IMG/VR virus record: IMGVR_UViG_3300037722_000296
Location: 1 to 42,051 of that record
Strand: one strand, 5' to 3'
Length of the DNA: 42,051 bases
Source of the DNA: a virus
Taxonomy: Duplodnaviria > Caudoviricetes
Below, in pieces: positions 25,916 to 35,621 of this stretch; positions within the stretch are counted from its first letter, which is position 1, and every line of letters starts with the position of its first letter. Made by a program: the position numbers and the translations under genes. The notes under the pieces were generated by a model. It saw only the letters and a program-made list of their open reading frames with translations. It had not been told where the DNA came from and ran no database searches.

Positions 25916-27312
25916 TGTTGAATAGCAGCGTACTACGCAAAGGCTTGCAGACGGTCGCGGCAGGGATGAGTCCACAGGTGGCGCAGAACATGGCCCAGGA
26001 GCGGTCGAATCAGGCCAGCTTCGAGCGCGACCTACAGAGCGGTATGCTGGAGCAGCAAATCGCCATGGCCCAGCAGATGCCGGATGACGACCCGCGCAAG
26101 ATGCAGATTGTCAGCGGCATCATCCAGCAGTTAGAGCCTATCGCGCCCACCGTTGCCGAAGGGTTGAAGCGTAGCTTGCCGAGTATCGGCCCCAGCGTAC
26201 CTACCGGATTTAACCCGCAAGGCCAGCCGCAGCTTGAAGGCCAGTTCGATACCGTTGCCCAGCGTGAGACGCAGGCCCCTGCGTTCGGTGCTTTTGGGGA
26301 ATCCCAGAAGGCGCGGGAGACTCGGATTGAGAAGGTACGCCTTGAGCGGCAGCGGGAAGCGGTATTGAAGCGCCTGCCGGAACTTGTGCAAGACCCGGAC
26401 GAACTGGAAACGCTAACCACCCTCGCCGAAAACTCAGACGACCCGACCACGATACTAAAATCCGCACGGGATTTGACGAAGGATTCCACCTATGTTCGCA
26501 ATGCGGATGGTCGCGTAAAGGTGTTCGACAAGAAATCTCACAAGGAAGTTGCCGACCTTGGAGCCGCACCGGGCGGTCAGAAATTCTCTGTCACCACCCC
26601 GGACGGAACCACGGTTGAGTTTGGTGACGTTGCGCCTGATTCCCGGATTGCCAAGGCCTTCGAGGATGTAGAGCAGACCAGAACTTCCGGGGATCAGATG
26701 GTCGCCATGATCGGAGAAATGCGCGATCTCGTGAGCCAGCCGCAATTTGCGGGCGGAACGGTTGGGGACATTATCTCGGGTGGCAATAGCCTGATGAACC
26801 AGATCGGCAATGTGGTCGGGCTGGACCGTGCGCTAGACCCGAACGGTGTTGTTTCCAATGACTTCATTGACCCCAACAGTAGCGGGGCCAAGCGACTTCG
26901 TGAAGCGGCCATCAACGGCGACCGACTTTCGGCCTTGCAGTTGCAGGCCGCATACGTCATGTCCAAATCTCTCGACCCGGGTGGGCGAATTTCGGATGCA
27001 GATGTAAAGGCGGCGAAACAGATGTTCGGGGTTGGCGGCGATCCTAAGTCCAGGCTTGCCGTGTTGGATGACCTTGAAAAGCGGGTAAAGAAGAACGTCG
27101 ATATTTTCGTCACCGGGAAACAACGACTATTCCCGAATGACCAGCGATTCAACAACTTCAAGTATGGCGATGAGCCAAAGAAGGGGGAAGAATCCGCCAT
27201 CGAATTCGATGGGATGACGATTGATGATTTGATGGACTTTGACCAAAGCCAGCTAAGTTCTTCGCAAAAAGAAGCCTACTCGGAGGCGTTACGCCGTGCC
27301 CTCAGCAATTGA
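25915..27312 (+). CDS. Internal virion / DNA ejection protein 2
   Basis: Helical; DPGGRISDAD motif; synteny. Confidence 0.7.
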   Translation: MLNSSVLRKGLQTVAAGMSPQVAQNMAQERSNQASFERDLQSGMLEQQIAMAQQMPDDDPRKMQIVSGIIQQLEPIAPTVAEGLKRSLPSIGPSVPTGFNPQGQPQLEGQFDTVAQRETQAPAFGAFGESQKARETRIEKVRLERQREAVLKRLPELVQDPDELETLTTLAENSDDPTTILKSARDLTKDSTYVRNADGRVKVFDKKSHKEVADLGAAPGGQKFSVTTPDGTTVEFGDVAPDSRIAKAFEDVEQTRTSGDQMVAMIGEMRDLVSQPQFAGGTVGDIISGGNSLMNQIGNVVGLDRALDPNGVVSNDFIDPNSSGAKRLREAAINGDRLSALQLQAAYVMSKSLDPGGRISDADVKAAKQMFGVGGDPKSRLAVLDDLEKRVKKNVDIFVTGKQRLFPNDQRFNNFKYGDEPKKGEESAIEFDGMTIDDLMDFDQSQLSSSQKEAYSEALRRALSN

Positions 27313-29998
27313 TGACGAAATTCTTGATCTCAAGATCAAGTTGCAGAAGCAGCAGCTAGCGCAAAAATTAACCCAGTCTACCGCCGCTCCTGCAAGGGTA
27401 GACCCCACCCTTGCCACTCGGGATGCTCGGGCTGCGGTCAATTATGCCGCCCAGCAAAAACAGGAACAGGAGTTGATTGCTTCCGGCGTGGATATTCGCT
27501 CTGGTGCGCCTGTAGGCCGTTTTGGCGTCGGGTTTGCTGCCAACGAGGATTCCGCCAAGCAGTACCTGCAATCCACCCTCACAGAGCATTTCAAGGACTC
27601 CTTGCAGGAAGGCCAGCGGGTGAATATCCGCACCGGGCCTAAGTCAAAGCAAATCGAGTTCATGAACCCGAAAACAAAGCAGTGGACCACGTTTGACGAG
27701 TCCGGTCTTACGATGCGGGATATTCAGGACATGGCAGGCCCGGCATTGCCGTTCATCGGTGAGGTGGTCGGGGCTATTGCCGGCGGAACCTCTGGGGTTG
27801 CTAGCGGCCCTGGAGCAATTGCAATGGCTGCCGGAGGGGCTTTGGCTGGCGGCACTGCCGGGGAATCGGGTCGCCTGGCCATTGGCAAGGCAATGGGCGT
27901 CAACCCCGATATTTCCGGGGAGGACATTCTTGAGCAGGGGGTAGGAGAGGGCGCGAGGGCTGCTGCTGGCGAGGTCATTGGCGAAGGCGTATTCCGTGGT
28001 GGACGCTACTTGTTGGGCAAGCGGACGCCGTTTAACGTGGACCAGGCGCAAGCCCTTGTGCGTGAATCCCAATCCTCCCAGGAAGTCATAGACGAGATCA
28101 ATGACCGGGTTCGCGGGGAATTCAATCCGACCCTTGGGCAGCGTACCGGGAATCAGGCCGTACTTGACCGTGAAGCCTCTCTGCGTGGCGGGGTGGATCT
28201 TGTGGATACGGATGAAGTATTCCGCAAGATCGAGGTAGGCAATCGAGGCGAGTTGGAGAAGTTCTTTGAGGTCATTTCTCCAGAAGGACAGGCCGGGAAA
28301 GTAACCACCGGGAAGGGCGTAAAGTCTCAGTTCGCACAGAGCGAGCGCGAAGGTCTGGATCAGGCCCGGCAGGTGGATCAAAGCACCAGAGAGCTTATTT
28401 CGGTCGAAGCAGAAGACATCCGCAGACTGGACGCCCCTCTTGCGGGTAAGGATATTCGGGAAGGGCTTGAGTCCCTTCGGGCCAATGCGGAGGAACTGGA
28501 AACCTCGCTCTGGAGCGATGTAAAAGAACGGGCTGGATTCAACTCTGAAACTGCGTCCAGCAGCGTCAAGATCCCGCGTGGCGGTGATTTGGACTCCACG
28601 GTACGCACCCTATCGACCGAGGCCAAGAAAGCCCTCTCAGAAGGCGAGGCGCGTGGCAAAAGCTCTCTGATTTCCAGGCTTGTACAGAAAGACGAAGATA
28701 CCATTAAGATTTTAGATCACAACGGAAAGGTGTTATCGGAAATCTCTACTTCTGGCCGGGACATCGACCTTGTACAGATGAATAGCACCATAAGCCAGTT
28801 GCGCCGCCAGATTCGGGTGTCCTCGAAAGGGCTTAACGCCGATGACCCGTCTGTAGGCGACGCAAAACGACTGCTGAAATCCCTCGTGACAACCCGCAAT
28901 GAACACCTCAGCAAGACCAATCCCGAGCTGCTGGCGGCAATCCAAGACGCCGAACATGCCACAAGAACGACAAACCGTATCTTTACCAGAGGGGTGTCCT
29001 CCAAGTTTCTCCGGGAAACAGATGATGGGGACTTCGTTATTGATAATGCCGGTGTGTTCAACCAGATATTCGTCAGGAATAACGCACAGGCCGCACACGA
29101 ACTGGCTTCCGTACTGAACGCGAACCCGCAGGCAATCCAAAAGACCAGGGAGCATATCTTTTCCCTGTACAAGAAATCGGTCTTTCAGGATGGGGTGCCA
29201 GATCCCAAGCTGCATAGAAAATTCATGGATGAATTTGAGGACGTGATTGCCCCATTTTTCCGCAAAGGGGACATGGACCGAGTGAAGAAGTTTGGCCGTT
29301 TTGGGGACATTGTTCAGCGTCGCGCCAAGGAGATGGAGGACTTGGAGAAGGCGTTCAATTCCCGCCTGCCAGGCAAGATCAAGAAACTGAATTCAGAATC
29401 TATCGTGGATTCTGTTTTTGGCAGAGGCAAGACGGAAGGCGGTGCGGCAACCTTAAACCTGGAGGACGTGAAGAAACTCCGCAGGACTCTGGAGGTAGGG
29501 CCAGAAGGGCTGCTTGATGATACCCAGCGGGTATTCCGGGATGAAATCTCAAGGAGAATCCGCACGGATGGTGTTCTGGATTCCAAAAAGCTGGGCGCAT
29601 TGCTGGATGATTTCGGCGACAAGGTATCGGTCCTTGGCGGCCCTCAATATCGTGCAGACCTGAAAAAGCTCCATGCCGCATTGAAGATGGTGGACAGCCG
29701 TGGCGTCAAGGTCACAAAAGGCGAAGAACCTGCATTGATCCAGTTCCTGAGATCTTCTGTGCTTCGTCCTTTGAGTAGGGCGCAACGCCGCATTACGTTC
29801 GGCTCAAAACTTAATCTGTCTCACAGGGAATCGGCGCTTCTGGAGGCCGTTACCGATCCAGACAAACTCCACGCACTCACCATCAACATGAACAAGAAGA
29901 TCGGCGCAAAGAATGTTGCCGGGATTCTTGGAATGCTTGAACTGACGGATAGCGCAGAGCCATTAATCGAAGGCAATCTTTTGGATAAGGATCAATAG
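27296..29998 (+). CDS. Internal virion / DNA ejection protein 3
   Basis: 900 aa helical protein with a Gly/Ala membrane-insertion segment. Confidence 0.7.
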   Translation: MPSAIDDEILDLKIKLQKQQLAQKLTQSTAAPARVDPTLATRDARAAVNYAAQQKQEQELIASGVDIRSGAPVGRFGVGFAANEDSAKQYLQSTLTEHFKDSLQEGQRVNIRTGPKSKQIEFMNPKTKQWTTFDESGLTMRDIQDMAGPALPFIGEVVGAIAGGTSGVASGPGAIAMAAGGALAGGTAGESGRLAIGKAMGVNPDISGEDILEQGVGEGARAAAGEVIGEGVFRGGRYLLGKRTPFNVDQAQALVRESQSSQEVIDEINDRVRGEFNPTLGQRTGNQAVLDREASLRGGVDLVDTDEVFRKIEVGNRGELEKFFEVISPEGQAGKVTTGKGVKSQFAQSEREGLDQARQVDQSTRELISVEAEDIRRLDAPLAGKDIREGLESLRANAEELETSLWSDVKERAGFNSETASSSVKIPRGGDLDSTVRTLSTEAKKALSEGEARGKSSLISRLVQKDEDTIKILDHNGKVLSEISTSGRDIDLVQMNSTISQLRRQIRVSSKGLNADDPSVGDAKRLLKSLVTTRNEHLSKTNPELLAAIQDAEHATRTTNRIFTRGVSSKFLRETDDGDFVIDNAGVFNQIFVRNNAQAAHELASVLNANPQAIQKTREHIFSLYKKSVFQDGVPDPKLHRKFMDEFEDVIAPFFRKGDMDRVKKFGRFGDIVQRRAKEMEDLEKAFNSRLPGKIKKLNSESIVDSVFGRGKTEGGAATLNLEDVKKLRRTLEVGPEGLLDDTQRVFRDEISRRIRTDGVLDSKKLGALLDDFGDKVSVLGGPQYRADLKKLHAALKMVDSRGVKVTKGEEPALIQFLRSSVLRPLSRAQRRITFGSKLNLSHRESALLEAVTDPDKLHALTINMNKKIGAKNVAGILGMLELTDSAEPLIEGNLLDKDQ

Positions 29999-29999
29999 C

Positions 30000-30854
30000 A
30001 TGGGCCAAAAATATTCGACTACCGCGATCACAGGATATAACTCGTCCCCACCTTCTGACGATGGATCTTCCACCGAAGCGAACAAGGTTAAGTGGTCCAC
30101 GATCAAGACAAAGCTACCTGATCCGCTCAAGACCGCAATTGAATCCATCAACACCAAACTGTTGGAGGCGCTCGATACGTCTGCCGTATCGAAAACCGCT
30201 TCAACGGTAAGTGTAGGGGCTTCAGACAACGGGAAGCTGCTGGTATTCGATACTTCATCGAATGCGATTACCGCGAACCTTGCTGCGGCTGCGACACTTG
30301 GAGACGGATGGATTTGTGCTTTCGTTCTGTCTGATGCGACGAATGCCCTGACCATTGATCCAAATGGTAGTGAGACAATAAATGGAGAATCAACCCACAC
30401 AGTAACCACTGCATATTACTTTGTAGAACTAAGATGTGACGGGACTAAAATATTTATTTCTGATGTTATTGATGTTCTCGGAACGGCAGCCGTCGCGGAC
30501 ATTATCGGCACAGTATCCGAATCAAGCGGAACGCCTACTGGCTCAATCATTGAGCGAGGCAGCAACGCCAATGGTGAGTTTGTAAAGTTTGCAGATGGAA
30601 CATTAATTTGCACCAGAGTGGATACCTTTGACGCAACATCCACAAGCTCTGTTACCTATGATTTCCCGAGCACTTTTGAAGGGACACATGTAGCCGTCAG
30701 TTTTGGCGGCGCTAATGGCACTCTTTCATACGCAGCAGATTCTTCCTTGATTTCTGTTCAAAGGCTTGCAAGCAGTTGGCGGCTTAGAAGGCCGGAGGCC
30801 GGATCAAACGCTAGTTTGGCTGTGACTCTCTTTGCAATAGGCCGATGGTTCTGA
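30000..30854 (+). CDS. Short tail fibre
   Basis: LTIDPNGSETING and IIERGSNANGEFVKFADGTLIC...AIGRWF fibre motifs; lower GC. Confidence 0.85.
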   Translation: MGQKYSTTAITGYNSSPPSDDGSSTEANKVKWSTIKTKLPDPLKTAIESINTKLLEALDTSAVSKTASTVSVGASDNGKLLVFDTSSNAITANLAAAATLGDGWICAFVLSDATNALTIDPNGSETINGESTHTVTTAYYFVELRCDGTKIFISDVIDVLGTAAVADIIGTVSESSGTPTGSIIERGSNANGEFVKFADGTLICTRVDTFDATSTSSVTYDFPSTFEGTHVAVSFGGANGTLSYAADSSLISVQRLASSWRLRRPEAGSNASLAVTLFAIGRWF

Positions 30855-31363
30855 CGATGCTCCAGTCCTTGTTGATCGTTCTATTCATGGGGGCCGCAGA
30901 CCGGGTTCGCGGGGACGCCTACCATCTCCTGTTCAGCCGGTTCTCTGACAAGTTCGCCTATGGCTGGCTTGTGGCGGCTCTCATGGGGCATCCGTGGGAT
31001 ATCTATACCGCTCCCACCATCGCAGCTATGGCCATCGGCAGCAGCTTTGGCTGGGGCGGCGCGATTGGTTCAGGACTGTATGGCCTACCGCTTCTGGACC
31101 AGCGCCCAGCCTGGTGGCAAGTAGGGCCTCTGCGGCACAACACCTGGCTTGCGTTGACGGTTCGGGGTGCTTTGTGGGGTGCTTGTTTCCTCCCCATTGC
31201 TTGGTTCGATCCGAGATTCCTGGCTCCTGCAATCGGGTTCACGGTCGCGTTTCCTCTTGCGGTTTTGCTTGCTCGTGGGTCTGGTGAGCCTTGGGAGAAC
31301 CAGGAGCTTTTGCGAGGCTGGATTGCCGGTGCGCTCACGCTGGCTTTACTGAGCCAATACTAG
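30845..31363 (+). CDS. Multi-pass membrane protein
   Basis: Several hydrophobic helices; Trp/Gly-rich. Confidence 0.7.
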   Translation: MVLTMLQSLLIVLFMGAADRVRGDAYHLLFSRFSDKFAYGWLVAALMGHPWDIYTAPTIAAMAIGSSFGWGGAIGSGLYGLPLLDQRPAWWQVGPLRHNTWLALTVRGALWGACFLPIAWFDPRFLAPAIGFTVAFPLAVLLARGSGEPWENQELLRGWIAGALTLALLSQY

Positions 31364-31372
31364 GAGAAAGGA

Positions 31373-31627
31373 GTGGATATGCCGTGGAGAAATCCGGAGT
31401 TTTTGCAGTGGATACCGTTTGTTGGGTTGGCGGTGAAGTCTCCAGGCGCACAGCATCCATTGGTTATCCGATTACTGGAGGCCGCCATTATCGGGGCGGT
31501 GGTCACATGGGGGACAGTTCAGGTGTTGAGTAACGACATCCGGTGGATACGGGATTCCATCTCACAGCAGAACCAGCGGATTGACCGGCTGGAGAATCAC
31601 CTATTGGCCCCGAGACGTGCGCCATAG
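31373..31627 (+). CDS. Membrane protein with coiled coil (holin or antiholin candidate)
   Basis: Single TM then RIDRLE; directly before the endolysin. Confidence 0.6.
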   Translation: MDMPWRNPEFLQWIPFVGLAVKSPGAQHPLVIRLLEAAIIGAVVTWGTVQVLSNDIRWIRDSISQQNQRIDRLENHLLAPRRAP

Positions 31628-31667
31628 GTATCACATGGGCTGCGGGGAACCGCTGAGGAGTTGGATC

Positions 31668-32051
31668 ATGAGTGATTCAGGCTGGGAATTCTTCACCCGA
31701 GCAGAACTTCAGTGCAAGTGCGGCTGCGGCATGATGGCGATGGACAATGATCTCATGCGCCGGATTGTCGCCATGCGCCGGGATCTCGGCTTTCCGTTCC
31801 GGGTTTCATCTGCCTACCGCTGCCACGTCCACAACCAGAACGTATCCAGCACCGGCCCGGAAGGACCGCATACCACCGGCAAGGCCATCGACATCCTGGT
31901 GAGCGGCCACCAAGCCCATGCGCTGGTGGAGTGCGCCTACCGTCACGGCATCCTGGGCATCGGGGTGTCGCAGAAAGGGCCGCACGAGTCCCGGTTTATC
32001 CACCTCGACACCGTCACCAATGGGCCTCGCCCATGGCTCTGGACATATTGA
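31668..32051 (+). CDS. Endolysin, peptidase M15A family
   Basis: F...EL.CKCGC, SAYRC..HN, HTTGKAID, FIHLD. Confidence 0.9.
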   Translation: MSDSGWEFFTRAELQCKCGCGMMAMDNDLMRRIVAMRRDLGFPFRVSSAYRCHVHNQNVSSTGPEGPHTTGKAIDILVSGHQAHALVECAYRHGILGIGVSQKGPHESRFIHLDTVTNGPRPWLWTY

Positions 32052-32215
32052 TGGACGCCAAGTATCGCTCCCGCAAGTTCGGCGTGACCATCCTGTGCAT
32101 CGGGATCGCCTCGGTGATGGGGTATCACGGCGTACTGACGCAGGAACTGTCCAACGTCCTGCTGGCGGCTATGGCGTCCTATAACCTCGCCAATGCCTGG
32201 GCGGCACCCAAGTGA
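32051..32215 (+). CDS. Small 2-TM holin
   Basis: KYRSRKF followed by two TM helices; coupled to endolysin and spanin. Confidence 0.7.
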   Translation: MDAKYRSRKFGVTILCIGIASVMGYHGVLTQELSNVLLAAMASYNLANAWAAPK

Positions 32216-32676
32216 ACCCTAAGCTCATCGCCTACGGTATCGCCGCTCTGATGGGCGCTGGGGCGGTTTCGGGTATCTGGTGGCACGGGAACAGCCACGG
32301 AAAGAGGGCGGCTGAGAACGCCTATCAGGAGGCCGTAGAGCAGGCCAGGAAGGAAGCCACCACCATCGAGCGACAGCGGCAGGAGGGCGTGAACCGTGCG
32401 CTACAGGACCAATACGATGAAGTATCCAGCATTAACGCTAGTCTCGCTGCTGACCTTGACCGGCTGCGCCAGCGTCCAGACCGTCCCAGTGTGCCCCGAG
32501 ATCCCGGAACTGAGTGCCAGGGTGCCACTGGGGCCGAGCTTTCAGGACCAGATGCGGCATTTCTTGCAAGGCTCTCTGCCAGAGCCGACGAACTCCGAGC
32601 GGCCCTGAAGTCCTGCTATATCTACGCTGACACATTGCAACACCACGCACGGAAGCGTGATGGGACTGCCGAGTAA
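32212..32676 (+). CDS. i-spanin (Rz-like)
   Basis: N-terminal TM, coiled coil, GAELS..DA.FL....ARADE....L..C. Confidence 0.85.
   Translation: MNPKLIAYGIAALMGAGAVSGIWWHGNSHGKRAAENAYQEAVEQARKEATTIERQRQEGVNRALQDQYDEVSSINASLAADLDRLRQRPDRPSVPRDPGTECQGATGAELSGPDAAFLARLSARADELRAALKSCYIYADTLQHHARKRDGTAE
32417..32608 (+). CDS. o-spanin (Rz1-like lipoprotein) embedded in the i-spanin gene
   Basis: Lipobox LTGC; Pro-rich; +1 frame inside Rz. Confidence 0.85.
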   Translation: MKYPALTLVSLLTLTGCASVQTVPVCPEIPELSARVPLGPSFQDQMRHFLQGSLPEPTNSERP

Positions 32677-33023
32677 CTGCATCCTGTGGGCTGCCTGGCG
32701 GCTCCTGCGCAACGAGGGGACCACCTACGGCTGGGAATGGACGAAGTGGAATCGCTACCCCTGGATAAAGTGGCCCCATGTCTGGTGGATTGACCGTGAC
32801 GGGGTGGCCTGGGAATACACCACCCGAGGGCCGAAGGTGAAGCGGTTGTTCCCGCCTCCGCTATTCTTCGGTGTGGCCAGGAGGCGGTAGCTGCCCATAT
32901 AGACGAAATTATAAGTGCTGTGTATGTCCATCCAGACGGATCTTCTCCTTTCAGCCGCGCCATCACAAAACTGAATAGGCCGATCGAAAGCCACGCTATA
33001 GCTAGAAAAAGATGTCTATTCAT
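32622..33023 (-). CDS. Membrane protein; 2 TMs in the first ~50 aa, remainder overlaps + strand genes
   Basis: GGAGGT RBS; hydrophobic N-terminus. Confidence 0.5.
   Translation of the reverse strand: MNRHLFLAIAWLSIGLFSFVMARLKGEDPSGWTYTALIISSIWAATASWPHRRIAEAGTTASPSALGWCIPRPPRHGQSTRHGATLSRGSDSTSSIPSRRWSPRCAGAARQPTGCSYSAVPSRFRAWCCNVSA
32660..32890 (+). CDS. Trp-rich hypothetical protein
   Basis: SNCILWA..W..PH motif; last late gene. Confidence 0.6.
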   Translation: MGLPSNCILWAAWRLLRNEGTTYGWEWTKWNRYPWIKWPHVWWIDRDGVAWEYTTRGPKVKRLFPPPLFFGVARRR

Positions 33024-33037
33024 CGCCCTTCACCTCC

Positions 33038-33604
33038 CTAGAACTCTCGCTGGTAGTATTCACTGATCAACCCTTCAAATTGTTTATCGGGTGTTTGCAT
33101 CCCTTCGCCACTCTCATGGGCTATCCAAAAGCCGCCATTATCCTGCGCGATAACGGTGTATTCTCCGACGCAGAGGGACTTGTTGTGGTCCTTCTCCAGT
33201 TCCGCCACACGCTCCCTGTTCCTGATGATCCATTCCTTCGCAAAGGCGAAACATTCCGTAGCACTTCCCATCATTCCGCCGAGCCATGCAGGGCTTGCGT
33301 CGGCGTAGATCAGTTCCCGGATTTCTGCGGCTTGTGTCCGGTAGCCTTCGACCTTCTCCCGCAGCCTCCGGTTCTCCGCTTCGAGGGCGGCGATCTCGTC
33401 GGCCACATCCTCCATAGCTGCGGCAGCACCCTCATGCCCTCGCATGGTGATAAATTCACCACCCCGCACCCGCTCACTCAGCGGCTTGTCCTCGCTCATT
33501 GCATAATCGCTGGGTACTCCTGCGGTTATGCGGCCTTCCCCGCCGGTTTCTTCGTCGGCAAGAATCAGTTTCCTTAGTTTTTCTTTATCTAATGGCATCT
33601 TCAC
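33038..33604 (-). CDS. Hypothetical mosaic coiled-coil protein
   Basis: Coupled leftward operon. Confidence 0.7.
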   Translation of the reverse strand: MKMPLDKEKLRKLILADEETGGEGRITAGVPSDYAMSEDKPLSERVRGGEFITMRGHEGAAAAMEDVADEIAALEAENRRLREKVEGYRTQAAEIRELIYADASPAWLGGMMGSATECFAFAKEWIIRNRERVAELEKDHNKSLCVGEYTVIAQDNGGFWIAHESGEGMQTPDKQFEGLISEYYQREF

Positions 33605-34059
33605 TACCCCTCTCGCACAGGCTTAACCGTGGCGTAGCCGATAATTCCTATTGGATCGCGGTCCATGGTCTTGCTCCAGAAGGTTGGTACCCCGCCTCTA
33701 CCTACAACAAGCCACTCCCCTTCCGGCAGCCTTTCCCCCTCCGCCAGCGGGCGGAACTGGAGGACCGTGGTGTCGCGGAGTTTGCGGATCACTCTTTTGA
33801 GCGAGCTGCCTGGGGTTTCCTGTGGCACGTCTTTTAATCGAGAAATCCGCCATTGACTGGCGATCACGTCATCTTCAGACATGTACTCAACCAATTCATC
33901 CGGCCAGAATTCCTCCGGCTCCGGCTTCGCCTCGGCCTTGAGGCGGGCAAGTTCCTCTCGTAGTGCTTCCACCTCTTTTTCCATTTCGCGAACTTTAATG
34001 CAAGCCCGATCAAACGGATCAGCACTTTGCTCCAGCAGTTGACTAGCTTTTTCGCTCAT
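33604..34059 (-). CDS. Hypothetical mosaic protein
   Basis: GAGG RBS; N-terminal module shared with 6395-6793. Confidence 0.7.
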   Translation of the reverse strand: MSEKASQLLEQSADPFDRACIKVREMEKEVEALREELARLKAEAKPEPEEFWPDELVEYMSEDDVIASQWRISRLKDVPQETPGSSLKRVIRKLRDTTVLQFRPLAEGERLPEGEWLVVGRGGVPTFWSKTMDRDPIGIIGYATVKPVREG

Positions 34060-34118
34060 CGCTTTCCTCTCCTGTTAGGGTGGGGCCGCAGCCCCATAAA
34101 CTTTACTCGGTTGGCGGG

Positions 34119-34349
34119 TTAGTCAGCGTCTTTCACATCCTGCAAAAAGTCCCGCGCATGCTGGCCAATCAGCCTCATGCTGGCTTCGTGTCGATCAGCG
34201 TCAGGCTCTGCCTTACTGATTTCACCCAAAAGCATGTCCACCAGATCGGTCAATGCCTGCATATTTTTCAGGCGAACTGCGTCTGTCCCGCTTTCGCCAA
34301 CAGGCTGCACAGGACCAACCAGCTTCATCACGACTTCATGTAATTCCAT
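34119..34349 (-). CDS. Hypothetical protein
   Basis: EVV.KLVGPV.PVGE...D..RL.N motif; RBS. Confidence 0.75.
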   Translation of the reverse strand: MELHEVVMKLVGPVQPVGESGTDAVRLKNMQALTDLVDMLLGEISKAEPDADRHEASMRLIGQHARDFLQDVKDAD

Positions 34350-34367
34350 ATCTTCCCCTTCTCGCCG

Positions 34368-34556
34368 TCAGTCGTTTTCCAGTATTCCTTCCAGCACATC
34401 AACCGCAATCCCGGTTGCTTCGCTGATCGCGTATACCGTTAGTCCTGCATCTACAAGTTTTGCCAACTGTCTCTTGCTCGGGGCCTCGCCCTCCAGCAGA
34501 TCTCCGGCAATATCAAGTACGTTTTCAACAGTGTCAGTAAAAAATCCAAACATCAT
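34368..34556 (-). CDS. Hypothetical protein with C-terminal HTH-like segment
   Basis: GAGGAGG RBS; GLTVYAISEATGIAVDVL. Confidence 0.7.
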   Translation of the reverse strand: MMFGFFTDTVENVLDIAGDLLEGEAPSKRQLAKLVDAGLTVYAISEATGIAVDVLEGILEND

Positions 34557-34594
34557 CCTCTCCTCTCGCCGTCAGGCGGTTACTTGCTCCCGCG

Positions 34595-34891
34595 TCAGCC
34601 ATGAAATCCCTTCGGTCCACTCAGCCATGCCTCTTGAAAATCCGGCTCTGGCGCATCGGACAGCTTCATGTGCTTGCCCTCGAAGTCTGTCCAGTTCATA
34701 TTGTTCACGGCCCAGTCCTGAATCTCGTAGTCGTCGGCCTCGAACATAGGGATAGTGTCCTCCGATAAGCTCCGCTCAACGTCACCACCGAACTCGCTGG
34801 CGTAGTGCTCGGCGCGGTTCCTTGCAATCATCTCCACCGGAACGCCCCACTTGGAACCGTCCGGCATCTCCACGGTCATGTACTTGTGCAT
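34595..34891 (-). CDS. Hypothetical acidic protein
   Basis: GGAGG RBS; MPDGSKWGVPV..IA..RA, DWA.NNMNW. Confidence 0.75.
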   Translation of the reverse strand: MHKYMTVEMPDGSKWGVPVEMIARNRAEHYASEFGGDVERSLSEDTIPMFEADDYEIQDWAVNNMNWTDFEGKHMKLSDAPEPDFQEAWLSGPKGFHG

Positions 34892-34909
34892 TCCATCCTC
34901 CAATCGCTT

Positions 34910-35272
34910 CTAAAACCACATTCCAGCCATTTCAGCCACTTCATCCGGGTGTTCGTCCCGCCACGGCTGCCAGCTTTCATGCGTGAGCTTATGCCGCACC
35001 CAGTCAGGGTGATCCGGCTTAGGTGCGAAGGGAGGGTTGCCGCGCAAGCACCGCGAGCATAGTTGGTGGTGAAGCTCAGTCATGTGCTGGTGGTCGGTGC
35101 AGAAGTACAGCCCGCATCCTCGCTCACCACCATACGGCTCTGAATCGCAACACACATAACTCAACCCACGGTCGATTTTGTTTGTGCATCCAGGGTGGTC
35201 ACAGTACGCCGGGACGCCGTAGCCAATATCCCGATTCCACTTGTCATCGTATCCAATGCTCCAGCCCATCAT
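34910..35272 (-). CDS. Cys/His-rich Zn-binding hypothetical protein
   Basis: RDIGYGVPAYCDHPGC...IDRGLSYVC..GCGLYFC..H. Confidence 0.8.
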   Translation of the reverse strand: MMGWSIGYDDKWNRDIGYGVPAYCDHPGCTNKIDRGLSYVCCDSEPYGGERGCGLYFCTDHQHMTELHHQLCSRCLRGNPPFAPKPDHPDWVRHKLTHESWQPWRDEHPDEVAEMAGMWF

Positions 35273-35571
35273 TTTCCCCTTCTAAAACTACTTTCACGTT
35301 CGTTGGAATTCATGCACTTAACTCCTGTTACCGACCCATTCACTTTTAGAATCGCGTTTAACGCATTTACTTTTGAATCATGTGCATAGGCTACATGCGC
35401 CGCCTGCATGGTTGTCAGGTGTCATCGAATCGGCCCAGCGCAATTTCAGCGCACTGCCGATATGCCCATCATTGGACTGGCGTGGTAAATCAATGGAATA
35501 GGAGGTGCGCCCGCAGTGCGTTGGCGGGCTGATTTTGTGCTGCGGAATTGAGGTAACGTGCTGATTTGTAT

Positions 35572-35621
35572 TGGTGGAGCGGAGGAGGATCGAACTCCCG
35601 ACCTTCGCATTGCGAACGCGA
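35572..35621 (-). other. attP core: 3' 50 nt of tRNA-Ala(CGC)
   Basis: Minus strand TCGCG-TTCGCAA-TGCGA-AGGTC-GGGAG-TTCGATC-CTCCT-CCGCTCC-ACCA (anticodon arm, T arm, CCA); no 5' half; adjacent to the integrase. Confidence 0.92.

Noticed and set aside
32918-32935. LexA-box-like CTGTGTATGTCCATCCAG (also CTGTATCAAGAGCCAG at 10561)
   Set aside because: Wrong spacing or mismatched arm, and both lie inside coding sequence
34060-34125. attC-like (TAAC...) integron cassette junction
   Set aside because: No complementary R'/R'' and L boxes; no integron integrase
35572-35621. Functional tRNA gene
   Set aside because: Lacks the 5' acceptor strand and D arm; it is the attP core
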